Shown piece by piece: positions 9,967 to 18,949 of a DNA stretch of 59,098 bases (position 1 is its first letter; each line of letters opens with the position of its first letter). The notes beneath the pieces were generated by a model. It was not told the origin of the DNA and made no database searches. It saw only the letters and a program-made list of their open reading frames with translations. This DNA comes from Candidatus Eiseniibacteriota bacterium. Its GTDB lineage: Bacteria; Eisenbacteria; RBG-16-71-46; SZUA-252. A program made the position numbers and the translations under genes. The stretch is from positions 1 to 59,098 of the forward strand of contig VBOX01000083.1 of assembly GCA_005893265.1 (NCBI GenBank), given 5' to 3'.

Positions 9967-10608
9967 TTACGCCCCCTCGAGCGCCGGCTCCCCGACGAAG
10001 GGATTGGTCCGGATCTCGAGGCCGATCGTGGTCTCGGGGCCGTGCCCAGGGTAGACCCGGGTCTCTCCGGGAAATCGGAAGAGCCGCTCGCGGATGGAGC
10101 GGACGAGGGTCGGCCAATCGCCGCCGGGGAGATCGGTCCGCCCGACCGAGCCGCGGAAGAGCACATCGCCCGCGATCAGCCCTTCCTTCGTCACGAAGGT
10201 CACGCTTCCAGGTGAGTGCCCGGGCGTGTGGATCGCGCGAACCTCGATGCCGGGAACGCCCACCTCCTCGCCCTCTTCGATCGCGTGGGCGATGGGGGCG
10301 GAACCCTGCCATGAAAGGCCGATCCCGGCGGCCTGCTCTGCCCCCCGCTCGTACAGCGGCCGGTCGGCCGCGTGGAGCCACACCGGCGCGCCGGTGGAGT
10401 CGTGAAATCGCTTCACCGCGTGGATATGGTCGATGTGGGCGTGGGTGATGAGGATGCGTTTGACGTCGAGCCCGCGCCGCGATATCTCCGCGAGCACCTG
10501 CTCGCTCTCGAGGGATGGATCGACGACGATCGCCTCGGTCCCCGACGCGGCGGTGAGAAGATAGAGGTTGTTGTCGAGCGGGCCGACCGAGAACCGCTCC
10601 ACCCGCAC
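9967..10608 (-). CDS. MBL-fold metallo-hydrolase (glyoxalase II-like)
   Basis: 213 aa. HxHxDH motif (ITHAHIDHI), TPGHSPGS, and GDVLFRGSVGRTD, typical of the hydroxyacylglutathione-hydrolase-like YcbL group. Confidence 0.9.
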   Translation of the reverse strand: MRVERFSVGPLDNNLYLLTAASGTEAIVVDPSLESEQVLAEISRRGLDVKRILITHAHIDHIHAVKRFHDSTGAPVWLHAADRPLYERGAEQAAGIGLSWQGSAPIAHAIEEGEEVGVPGIEVRAIHTPGHSPGSVTFVTKEGLIAGDVLFRGSVGRTDLPGGDWPTLVRSIRERLFRFPGETRVYPGHGPETTIGLEIRTNPFVGEPALEGA

Positions 10609-10610
10609 GG

Positions 10611-11651
10611 TCAGGCCTTACACGCGGTGATCGCCGTGATGCCGAACATGGGAAGCCCGACCATGTCCACGTCCTTGAACCCCGCCTTCTCGAGCAGTGA
10701 GTAGAGCTCCGACCGGGTGAGCGCTTCCGCGAAGCGCGGGCCGTAGCTCGCCAGCGCGTTGAGCCGGAACAGGGCCGCCTCGCGCGGCTCGGCCTTCGAA
10801 TCCTCGAGGATGAACTCGGTCACAAGTAGCATCCCCCCCTTGCGGAGGGAAAGGGTCACGGCCTCGAGGACCTTCGGCAGATCCGGCCGGCTCCGCTGGG
10901 AAAGGTAATGGGAGAGGAGCACCAGGTCGTACTCGCCGCCCGGCTTCCCCTCGTCGGGGTACCCCGACTCGAAATGGACCCTGTCCTCGAGCTTGGTCGA
11001 GCGGATGAACTCCTCCGCCAGATCGCGGAAAATCGACCGGTCGAAAAGCGTGGCCTGGAGCTGCGGGTAGCGGCGCGCCAGGCAAAGTGCCCCGGCACCG
11101 GTGTGGCTCCCCACGTCCAGCAAGCGGGAATACGTGCTGAATTCGATGTCGAGGATCTCGGCGAGGCGCATCATCAAGGCGTATGCGCCGTTGTGGAACG
11201 CGCGGGCGAGTGCCAGGTCCACCCCGTCGACGGCGTCCGGTGGGAGCGGGGGCGCACCCCGGCGCACCGTGTCCCCGAGCCCCTGCCAGATGCCAAAGAG
11301 GGGATCGCGCATGAAGCGAACGAGATCGACGTAGGACCCGGGGGATCCCTCCACGAGGTATGCGTTTGAAACCTCGTCGTTCCGGTACCGATCCCCGTTC
11401 CGGTGAAGGAACCCCAGCGCGCAGTTCGCGTCCAGGAGCGCTTCCATTCCCATAGGGTCGGCCCCTGTTTCCTGGGCGATCTCGGGGGCGGTCTTGGGCC
11501 CGCCGAACAGAACAGTGAATACCTTGAGATCCACGGCCGTCAGGAGCGCCTGGCTGGCCCAGAACCCCGTTGCCACCTGCAAGATAGGCACAGGGCTGCG
11601 ACGCCCGGAAACTGAGGGGAGAGGCCCCGCCGCACGACCCATCTGATTCAT
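10611..11651 (-). CDS. class I SAM-dependent O-methyltransferase (family 2, with N-terminal dimerisation/wHTH domain)
   Basis: 346 aa. N-terminal ATGFWASQALLTAVDLKVFTVL dimerisation-type segment, then SAM-binding LLDVGSHTGAGA. Separated from the upstream-neighbour stop by 3 nt. Confidence 0.8.
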   Translation of the reverse strand: MNQMGRAAGPLPSVSGRRSPVPILQVATGFWASQALLTAVDLKVFTVLFGGPKTAPEIAQETGADPMGMEALLDANCALGFLHRNGDRYRNDEVSNAYLVEGSPGSYVDLVRFMRDPLFGIWQGLGDTVRRGAPPLPPDAVDGVDLALARAFHNGAYALMMRLAEILDIEFSTYSRLLDVGSHTGAGALCLARRYPQLQATLFDRSIFRDLAEEFIRSTKLEDRVHFESGYPDEGKPGGEYDLVLLSHYLSQRSRPDLPKVLEAVTLSLRKGGMLLVTEFILEDSKAEPREAALFRLNALASYGPRFAEALTRSELYSLLEKAGFKDVDMVGLPMFGITAITACKA

Positions 11652-11732
11652 GACATGCTCCTCACCGACCTCATACTAGGGGACGGGACCGGCGCATTCA
11701 AGCGCGGCCCTCGAGGCTTTGGATGCCGGGAC

Positions 11733-12911
11733 TCATAGAAGGTCGCGCTCGGATTCGCTGGTCTCGATTCGGACGCGCGCGAGCTCTCGATCGATTTCCA
11801 TAACGGCGTCCCGCAAGAGTGCTCCCTTGTCGCGGTACGGCACGAAAGCGGATTTGAAGCCGTTCATGAGGACTTGCCGGACGTCCGTCGGGGTCAGCGC
11901 GAACGTGCGCACCGCCCGCTCCAGCTCGTCGGTCATGGTCGTGGAAGAAACGAGCCGGTTGTCCGTATTGAGCGTGACGCGGACCCCCAGCCTCAGGTAA
12001 TCGCGAAAGGGATGCTCCTCGAACGTGGGGGTGGCTCTGGTCTGAACGTTGGAAGTGAGGCACATCTCCAGCGGGATGCGATGGTCGTTCACGTAATCCA
12101 GGGTCAGGAGGTCCTCGCGAAGGCGCGTCCCGTGTCCGATCCGATGCGCCCCGCATTGATGGAGCGCCTGACGGATGCTGGCGGGCCCGAACGCCTCACC
12201 CGCGTGGACGGTCACGTTGACGTTGTTGCGCAAGACGCGGTCGAAGGCCTCCCGATGCGCCTTGGCAGGATAATCCTTCTCCGCGCCTGCCAAATCGAAC
12301 CCGACGACCCCGCGGCCGACGTACGCCACAGCAAGATCGGCCAGCTCCAGAGATAGCTTGGGGCTCAGGTGCCGGATGCCGCAGATGATGGTCCCGGTCC
12401 GAATCCCGTAGCGGCCGCCCGCTTCGGCGAGCCCGCGCAGCACTGCGTCGACCGTGTCGTGGAGCCTGAGCCCCCCCTTTACATGGAGCGCCGGACAATA
12501 GCGGACCTCCATGTAGCGGACGTTCTCCATGTGCGCGTCTTCCGCGAGCTCGAAGGCGACGCGCTCGAGCGCTTCCCTCTTTTGCAAGATCGAGAGGGTC
12601 AGGTCGAACGCCTTGAGGTAGGTCGGTAGGCTGACGCCCGCGGTCAGCCGGTCGAGAAAGCTCCGTAGCTCGGCCTCACCCCGCACCTCGAGGCGGATGC
12701 CCTGCTCCTTCGCCAAGGTGAAGAGCGACTTGGGGCGGATGGATCCGTCAAGGTGAACATGGAGGTCGGTTTTCGGCAGCGCGTGGAGGATCGAGCGGCG
12801 GCGCCGGGCGTCACCCCACGGCGACGTCCGCCGTCGCGGCGGCGATCGGCGCACCAAGCTCTCCCACGGTGGAGTACGAGAGTCCCGAGAATGCGGGGAC
12901 CGCTTGGGCAA
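11733..12911 (-). CDS. add: adenosine deaminase
   Basis: LPKTDLHVHLDGSIRP zinc-binding motif, HAGE, and TLNTDN near the C-terminus. The listed start overlaps the nuoG end by about 100 nt. The true start is probably an in-frame TTG/GTG near 12850; no start codon exists after the nuoG stop. Confidence 0.85.
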   Translation of the reverse strand: MPKRSPHSRDSRTPPWESLVRRSPPRRRTSPWGDARRRRSILHALPKTDLHVHLDGSIRPKSLFTLAKEQGIRLEVRGEAELRSFLDRLTAGVSLPTYLKAFDLTLSILQKREALERVAFELAEDAHMENVRYMEVRYCPALHVKGGLRLHDTVDAVLRGLAEAGGRYGIRTGTIICGIRHLSPKLSLELADLAVAYVGRGVVGFDLAGAEKDYPAKAHREAFDRVLRNNVNVTVHAGEAFGPASIRQALHQCGAHRIGHGTRLREDLLTLDYVNDHRIPLEMCLTSNVQTRATPTFEEHPFRDYLRLGVRVTLNTDNRLVSSTTMTDELERAVRTFALTPTDVRQVLMNGFKSAFVPYRDKGALLRDAVMEIDRELARVRIETSESERDLL

Positions 12912-14439
12912 GACGGAGGAATATCCGCTCGGGATCGGGGTCGGTTACCGGCAAGACGCCGAGCGCTTGGCCCAGATCTTGGAGAATGCGCCAATCCTCG
13001 CGTGTATCGCCGCGGATCGTGAGTACCTTTCGGATGCGCTGGACGCGGCCATTCGAGTTCGTGAAGGTCCCTTCCTTCTCCGCGAACGTGACACCCGGCA
13101 GGACCCAGTGCGCGCGGTCCGATACCGGCGAAGGCACGAAGTCGACCACCAGAAGCAGGTCCACCTTCTGGAGCGCACGCTCCACGATGGCGGGATCACC
13201 GAAAAGGTCGAGCGGGCCTCCGCGCAGGAACACGAGCGCCTTGATGGTGCCTTCGGCCGCGGCGCGCATCATGTCGCGGACGCCGAGGCCGCTGGCTCCC
13301 GGCGCCACGCCGCAGAGCGCGGCCCCCCGCGCGTTCGGATCCTTGTCTCCCTCGATCGTGAACTTCTTGTACGCGACCTCAGGCTGCGGCCTCGGTGGGA
13401 AGTCGACGTTCGAGACGCCGAGCCCGTCCTTGAAGACGGCCCGGGTGAGATAGCACTCCTCGTTGGTCAGCGTCCCGGATCCCACGACCCCCACGGCGCG
13501 CGCGCCATGGCGGACGATGATGTCCCTCAGAGCCTGTGCGATGTCCAGAATCGCCTGTTTCCAGGGGACGGGCCGCGACGTCCCATTCGCCGCGCGGGCC
13601 GGGGCGAGAAGCCGCTTCGGATCGTGGAGGAAATGGAACCCTCCGCGGCCGCGGTCGCAAATCCACCACTGGTTGACGTCCATGTTGGTGCGTGCGGTGA
13701 TGCGAAGGATCTCGTTCCTGCGCGGGTGGTAGCCCACGGTGATGTTGCACCCCTTCGAGCAATGCGGGCAGACCGAAGATACGTTGGTGAGCTCCCACGG
13801 GCGCGCTCGGAAGCGGAAGTCCTTGCTGGTGAGCGCGCCCACGGGGCAGATATCCGCGATGTTTCCCGCGAGCTCGTTCTCGATCTTTCGACCGTCGACC
13901 GTGCCGATGTAGGTCTGCTCTCCGCGGCTCAAGACCGCGATCTCATCCAGACCGGCGACCTCCTTGCACAGGTTGACGCACCGCATGCATAGAATGCACC
14001 GGTTCTTGTTCAGGACGAGCTTCCCGCCCACGTCTTCCTCGGGCCAGGTGATCTTCTCGAACTTGAAGCGGCTCCGCGCGGGCCCCATGAGCATGGTGTA
14101 GTCCTGGAGCGTGCACTCTCCGCCCTTATCGCACATGGGGCAATCGAGCGGGTGATGAATGAGCAGGAATTCCATCACGGCACGGCGCGCGTCGGCGACC
14201 TTGGCAGAGCGGGTGATGACGTGCATCCCCTCTTCCACCTGCGTCGCGCAGCCCGCCACCAGCTTCGGCCGGCCCTCCAGCTCGCAAAGGCAGATCCGGC
14301 AGACCCCGACCACCGGCAGCCCGGGGTGGTAGCAGAAATGCGGAACGGCGACTCCCGCATTCTTGGCGGCCTCGATGAGATTCGTCCCCTTCTCGACCGC
14401 GATCTCCCGCCCGTCGACTTTGATTTTCACAGAAGCCAC
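12811..14439 (-). CDS. nuoG: NADH-quinone oxidoreductase subunit G (short form)
   Basis: ORF trimmed to a GTG 9 nt after the nuoF stop (VASVKIKVDGREIAV). 2Fe-2S and 4Fe-4S motifs are present (CYHPGLPVVGVCRICLCE, HPLDCPMCDKGGEC, CILCMRCV), followed by a molybdopterin-oxidoreductase-like region. Confidence 0.85.
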   Translation of the reverse strand: MASVKIKVDGREIAVEKGTNLIEAAKNAGVAVPHFCYHPGLPVVGVCRICLCELEGRPKLVAGCATQVEEGMHVITRSAKVADARRAVMEFLLIHHPLDCPMCDKGGECTLQDYTMLMGPARSRFKFEKITWPEEDVGGKLVLNKNRCILCMRCVNLCKEVAGLDEIAVLSRGEQTYIGTVDGRKIENELAGNIADICPVGALTSKDFRFRARPWELTNVSSVCPHCSKGCNITVGYHPRRNEILRITARTNMDVNQWWICDRGRGGFHFLHDPKRLLAPARAANGTSRPVPWKQAILDIAQALRDIIVRHGARAVGVVGSGTLTNEECYLTRAVFKDGLGVSNVDFPPRPQPEVAYKKFTIEGDKDPNARGAALCGVAPGASGLGVRDMMRAAAEGTIKALVFLRGGPLDLFGDPAIVERALQKVDLLLVVDFVPSPVSDRAHWVLPGVTFAEKEGTFTNSNGRVQRIRKVLTIRGDTREDWRILQDLGQALGVLPVTDPDPERIFLRLAQAVPAFSGLSYSTVGELGAPIAAATADVAVG

Positions 14440-14447
14440 GCGACCCT

Positions 14448-15737
14448 CTAGTGGAGCGAGCCGCCGCCCAGCGGGCAGCGCCTCTCCGTTATGTGCTGGA
14501 GGAATTCCTCCCGGAACTTCTTCGCAAAGCCGCGCGTGGGCCACGCGGCCGCGTCGCCCAGGGCGCAGATCGTGTTCCCCTCAATCTGATCGGTGATGGA
14601 GAGGAGCGTATCCAGATCGCGCTCCTCGCCTTCGCCCGTCTCGATTTTCCAAAGCAGGCGCTGCATCCAGCCGCAACCCTCGCGGCACGGCGTGCATTGG
14701 CCGCACGACTCGTGCGCGAAGAACCGGGCCGTGATCCACGCGGCCCGAACCATGCACGTGGTGTCGTCCATGACGATCGGGGTGCCGGTCCCGAAGAGCG
14801 ACCCGGCCCGGGTGAGAGAATCGAAATCCATCGGGAGATCGATCTCATCGCCGCGGAGCACCGGGCAGGACGCGCCGCCGGGGATCACGCCCTTCACCGG
14901 TCGGCCGCCAGGGACGCCGCCTCCGTGCTCATCGATCAGCTCGCGAAGGGAGATCCCCATCGGCAGCTCGAAGACTCCCGGGCGGTTGACGTGACCGCTC
15001 AGGCCGTAGAGCTTAGGACCGCTGTTCCGCTCGGGCCCGATGGAGCTGAACCATTCCCAGCCGAGCTTTACGATGTGCGGGACGCACGCCAGGGTCTCGA
15101 CGTTGTTCACGACGGTCGGGCATCCGAAGAGCCCGACGACCGCGGGGAAGGGCGGCTTCAGACGCGGCCATCCGCGCTTTCCCTCGAGCGACTCGATGAG
15201 ACCGGTCTCCTCGCCGCAGATATAGGCGCCCGCGCCTACGTACATCGTGACCTCGCACGACCAGCTCGAGCCCAGAATATTCCTCCCGATGAAACCCGCC
15301 GTCCGGGCTTCCTCGATGGCCCGCTCGAGCAAACGCGCCTCGTGCGCGAACTCGCCTCGAATGTAGATGTACGCGCGGTTCGCGCCGATCGCATAGGAGC
15401 CGATGAGCGTTCCTTCCAGGAGCTGGTGCGGATCCTTTTGACAGATGAGCCGGTCCTTGAACGCGCCCGGCTCGCTCTCGTCAGCGTTCACGCACATGTA
15501 CTTCGGCTTGTCGGTCGACTTCGGGACGAATCCCCACTTGGTACCCGTCGGAAATCCGGCCCCGCCGCGGCCCCGGAGTCCCGAACGCTTCACCATGTCG
15601 ATGATTTCGTCCGGCTGCTTCTGAAGCGCCATGGCCAGCGCCTCGTACCCACCATGTTTCCGGTAGACTTCGAGGGTGTGCGATTCCGGATACTGCATGG
15701 TCTTCGTGAGGACAGGCTCGAACGTCGCGGTCAGCAT
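14448..15737 (-). CDS. nuoF: NADH-quinone oxidoreductase subunit F
   Basis: 429 aa. FMN/NADH site GRGGAGFPTGTKWGF and 4Fe-4S ESCGQCTPCREG. Confidence 0.95.
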   Translation of the reverse strand: MLTATFEPVLTKTMQYPESHTLEVYRKHGGYEALAMALQKQPDEIIDMVKRSGLRGRGGAGFPTGTKWGFVPKSTDKPKYMCVNADESEPGAFKDRLICQKDPHQLLEGTLIGSYAIGANRAYIYIRGEFAHEARLLERAIEEARTAGFIGRNILGSSWSCEVTMYVGAGAYICGEETGLIESLEGKRGWPRLKPPFPAVVGLFGCPTVVNNVETLACVPHIVKLGWEWFSSIGPERNSGPKLYGLSGHVNRPGVFELPMGISLRELIDEHGGGVPGGRPVKGVIPGGASCPVLRGDEIDLPMDFDSLTRAGSLFGTGTPIVMDDTTCMVRAAWITARFFAHESCGQCTPCREGCGWMQRLLWKIETGEGEERDLDTLLSITDQIEGNTICALGDAAAWPTRGFAKKFREEFLQHITERRCPLGGGSLH

Positions 15738-15738
15738 G

Positions 15739-16926
15739 TCAGCGGTCCACCTCGCCCAGAACGATGTCGATGCTCCCGATGCACGCGACCGTGTCGGAGA
15801 CCATGCGTCCGACGCACATGTCCTCGAGCGCCTGCAGGTTGATGAGGGACGGAGGCCTGACTCGCGTCCTGTGCGGAATCGGTCCGCCGTCGCTTACGAC
15901 GTAGAAGCCAAGCTCCCCCTTCGGCGATTCGATCGCGAAGTAGGCGTCCCCCGGCGGGGCGCTGTAGCCTTCCGACATGATCTTGAAATGATAGATCAGC
16001 TCCTCCATGTTGAGCTTTACGTCGGTCCGGTCCGCCGGGAAGAGGTAGGGATTGTCGCACCGCACGGTCCCCGGGCGCAGACGATCCAGACCCTGGCGCA
16101 CGATCGAGAGCGACTGTTTCATCTCCTCGATCCTGCACAGGTAGCGATCGTACACATCGCCGTTCCGTCCGAGCGGCACCTCGAAGTCGTACGTCTCGTA
16201 GCCGGAGTACGGTTGCGCTTTGCGTACGTCGTACCGGACGCCGCTACCGCGGAGCGTCGGCCCCGTGATGCACAGATCGATCGCCTGCTCCGGACTCAAG
16301 GTCCCTACGCCGATCGTGCGCTTCATCCAAATCCGATTCTTGCTGAGCAGATTCTGGTACTCGCCGAGAGCGATCGGGAACTCGTCCAGGAACCTGGACA
16401 CGTGAGGCACGAACGTGTCCGGAACATCCTGGAAAAATCCCCCCACGCGGAAGTAGCTCGGCGTGAGCCGAGAGCCGGCGATCATGTCGTTCACGTCGAG
16501 GAGCTTCTCGCGCTCGCGGAAGCAGTAGAGGAACACGCTCATCGCGCCGAGGTCGATCGCGTGGGTTCCCAGCCAGACAAGATGCGAGGAGATGCGGGTC
16601 AACTCGAGCAGGATGACGCGCAGCACCTGCGCGCGCTCGGGAATCTCGAGGTTCATGAGCTTTTCGACGGCGCCTATGTACGCCATGTTGTTTCCGAGGG
16701 GCGAGAGGTAGTCCATCCGGTCGGTCACCGTGATGGACTTGTGGTAGTTCTTCGATTCCATGGTCTTTTCCATGCCGGTGTGGAGATAGCCGATCACCGG
16801 TTTCAGGGAGACCACGGTCTCGCCGTCCAGCTCAATGACGAGGCGAAGCACCCCGTGTGTCGAGGGGTGCTGTGGCCCCATGTTGATCGTGATGGTCTTG
16901 AATTCGGGGGAGATCGCTGTTGCCAT
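15739..16926 (-). CDS. nuoD: NADH-quinone oxidoreductase subunit D
   Basis: ORF 15739..17361 trimmed to MATAISPEFKTITINMGPQHPSTHGVLRL, an ATG 5 nt after the nuoB stop. About 396 aa, so not a NuoC-D fusion. Confidence 0.95.
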   Translation of the reverse strand: MATAISPEFKTITINMGPQHPSTHGVLRLVIELDGETVVSLKPVIGYLHTGMEKTMESKNYHKSITVTDRMDYLSPLGNNMAYIGAVEKLMNLEIPERAQVLRVILLELTRISSHLVWLGTHAIDLGAMSVFLYCFREREKLLDVNDMIAGSRLTPSYFRVGGFFQDVPDTFVPHVSRFLDEFPIALGEYQNLLSKNRIWMKRTIGVGTLSPEQAIDLCITGPTLRGSGVRYDVRKAQPYSGYETYDFEVPLGRNGDVYDRYLCRIEEMKQSLSIVRQGLDRLRPGTVRCDNPYLFPADRTDVKLNMEELIYHFKIMSEGYSAPPGDAYFAIESPKGELGFYVVSDGGPIPHRTRVRPPSLINLQALEDMCVGRMVSDTVACIGSIDIVLGEVDR

Positions 16927-16931
16927 TCGAG

Positions 16932-17468
<537 letters not shown>

Positions 17469-17543
17469 GCGATCACGCCTTTCATGGCCTGGCCGGCGAC
17501 CTGGCCAAGCTCTTGTGCCGTCTCAGGAAAGACGGCCAGCGTA

Positions 17544-17572
17544 AATTTAACAGCCGCCGCCCCCCCGGTCAA
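17544..17572 (-). promoter_or_regulatory. candidate sigma-70-type promoter upstream of nuoB (TTGACC-N17-TAAATT)
   Basis: Read on the minus strand. TTGACC (17572..17567) follows the ZIP stop codon directly, then a 17-nt spacer, then TAAATT (17549..17544). Pattern match only. Confidence 0.3.
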
Positions 17573-18334
17573 TTAGAACCCCAAGGAATTGAGCACCGCT
17601 TCGGTCCCGTAAAAGAGGATGACGCCCCCGAACACCCAGAGCGCCATACGGATCCCCTTGGTCTCGTTCACGGCCGGGATGAGATCCGAAGCGGCAACGT
17701 AGAGGGCGGCTCCGGCAGAAAACGGAAGCGCGAAGCGCACGAGCCCGGGCCACAGGGAGATGGTCGCGACCCCGGCCAGGGTGGCGAGCCCGAGCCAGGC
17801 GGCGCTCAGACCCGCCTCGCGCGGAGAGCGCCCGGCGGCGGTCATGATCGATGCGACCGTGAACCCTTCCGGCACCTTGTGCAGGAAAATGGCGATGGCG
17901 ACAAGGATTCCAAGCTGGGGTTGAACGAGGAACCCCGAGCCGATCGAGACCCCGTCGAAGAAGGCGTGGAGGAGAAGGCCGAAGAGCGCTGTGGTGCCCA
18001 CGACCGGCTCCACCCAATGCTCGTGGTGGGTTTCCTCGCCGAAATGGAAGTGGCCCACGAGGACGTGCTCGGCGGCATGCACGAAGAGGTATCCCAGGAG
18101 GAGAAGGGTTCCGACCGCGATGCCGGGTTGGCTGTGATTCGCGGCGAGCCGGTAGCTCTCCGGGGTCATTCGAAGAAGGACCGCCGCCAGCATGAAACCC
18201 GCGCCCGCGGCGACGAAGAAACTCTGCCGAACCCGGTCCCAGCCTCGATGGCTCAGCGCGAGCAACCCGCCGGCCACATTCGCTAAGCCGGCGATCAGGC
18301 CGCAGCCAAGAGCGAGGAGCCAGCCCTCGAACAC
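17573..18334 (-). CDS. zupT: ZIP-family divalent metal transporter (ZupT-like)
   Basis: 253 aa, polytopic. His-rich loop HFHFGEETHHEH, LLLHAFFDGVSIG, and FLHKVPEGF ZIP signature. Confidence 0.9.
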   Translation of the reverse strand: MFEGWLLALGCGLIAGLANVAGGLLALSHRGWDRVRQSFFVAAGAGFMLAAVLLRMTPESYRLAANHSQPGIAVGTLLLLGYLFVHAAEHVLVGHFHFGEETHHEHWVEPVVGTTALFGLLLHAFFDGVSIGSGFLVQPQLGILVAIAIFLHKVPEGFTVASIMTAAGRSPREAGLSAAWLGLATLAGVATISLWPGLVRFALPFSAGAALYVAASDLIPAVNETKGIRMALWVFGGVILFYGTEAVLNSLGF

Positions 18335-18358
18335 TCGCGCCTCCCGGGCCCGGGCCGG

Positions 18359-18814
18359 CTAACGCCCGCGCACGATGCCGGGAGTGTGGGTCTGGCCGAC
18401 CGGCACTAAGAGCTGCTCCTTGGAGTAGATGAAGGAATCCCGCGAGTAGTCGGAGAGTTCGAAATTATGGCCGAGGAAGATCGCGTCCTCCGGACACGCC
18501 TCCTCGCAGTATCCGCAGAAGATGCAACGCAGCATATCGATCTCGTACCGCTTGGCGAAACGCTCCCCCGCCGAGTACCGCTCCGTCTCCGAGTTCTCCG
18601 CGGCTTCCATGTAGATCGCGTCGGCCGGACACACCGCGGCGCAGAGGCCGCAGCAGACACAGCGCTCCAGCCCGTTCTCGTAGCGATGAAGCTCGTGCAA
18701 GCCGCGGAATCGGGGGTACATCTCCATCCGCACGTCCGGGTAGCGGAGCGTCACAGGCTTTTTGAAAAAGTGCGACAGCGTGATCGAAAGACCCTTCATC
18801 AGCTCGGTGACCAT
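18359..18814 (-). CDS. nuoI: NADH-quinone oxidoreductase subunit I
   Basis: ORF trimmed to MVTELMKGLSITLSHFFKKPVT, with GGGAG 6 nt upstream. Two ferredoxin motifs: CVCCGLCAAVCP and CIFCGYCEEACP. Confidence 0.9.
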   Translation of the reverse strand: MVTELMKGLSITLSHFFKKPVTLRYPDVRMEMYPRFRGLHELHRYENGLERCVCCGLCAAVCPADAIYMEAAENSETERYSAGERFAKRYEIDMLRCIFCGYCEEACPEDAIFLGHNFELSDYSRDSFIYSKEQLLVPVGQTHTPGIVRGR

Positions 18815-18920
18815 CCGTCGCTCCCGGGGTGTTGTACGAGATCGGCGGGCCGGCGTCCGCATCCACGTGTGCCGTGGCCGCCTCAAGACATTGAAAACCA
18901 GCCGGTTAGACTACGACCCG

Positions 18921-18949
18921 ATTATAGGGAGGAGAACGAGAAGGGTCAA
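18921..18949 (-). promoter_or_regulatory. near-consensus sigma-70 promoter TTGACC-N17-TATAAT upstream of nuoI
   Basis: Minus strand. TTGACC at 18949..18944 overlaps the stop codon of the upstream regulator gene. Exactly 17 nt of spacer follow, then TATAAT at 18926..18921. This is about 105 nt upstream of the nuoI ATG. Confidence 0.5.

Noticed and set aside
12811-14439. NuoG-like gene or neighbours as a TGA-encoded selenoprotein (formate-dehydrogenase-like), given selA in the window.
   Set aside because: The ORF is continuous with no in-frame TGA. The N-terminal Fe-S motifs and operon context match NuoG. I found no same-frame ORF pair split by a single TGA elsewhere in the window.
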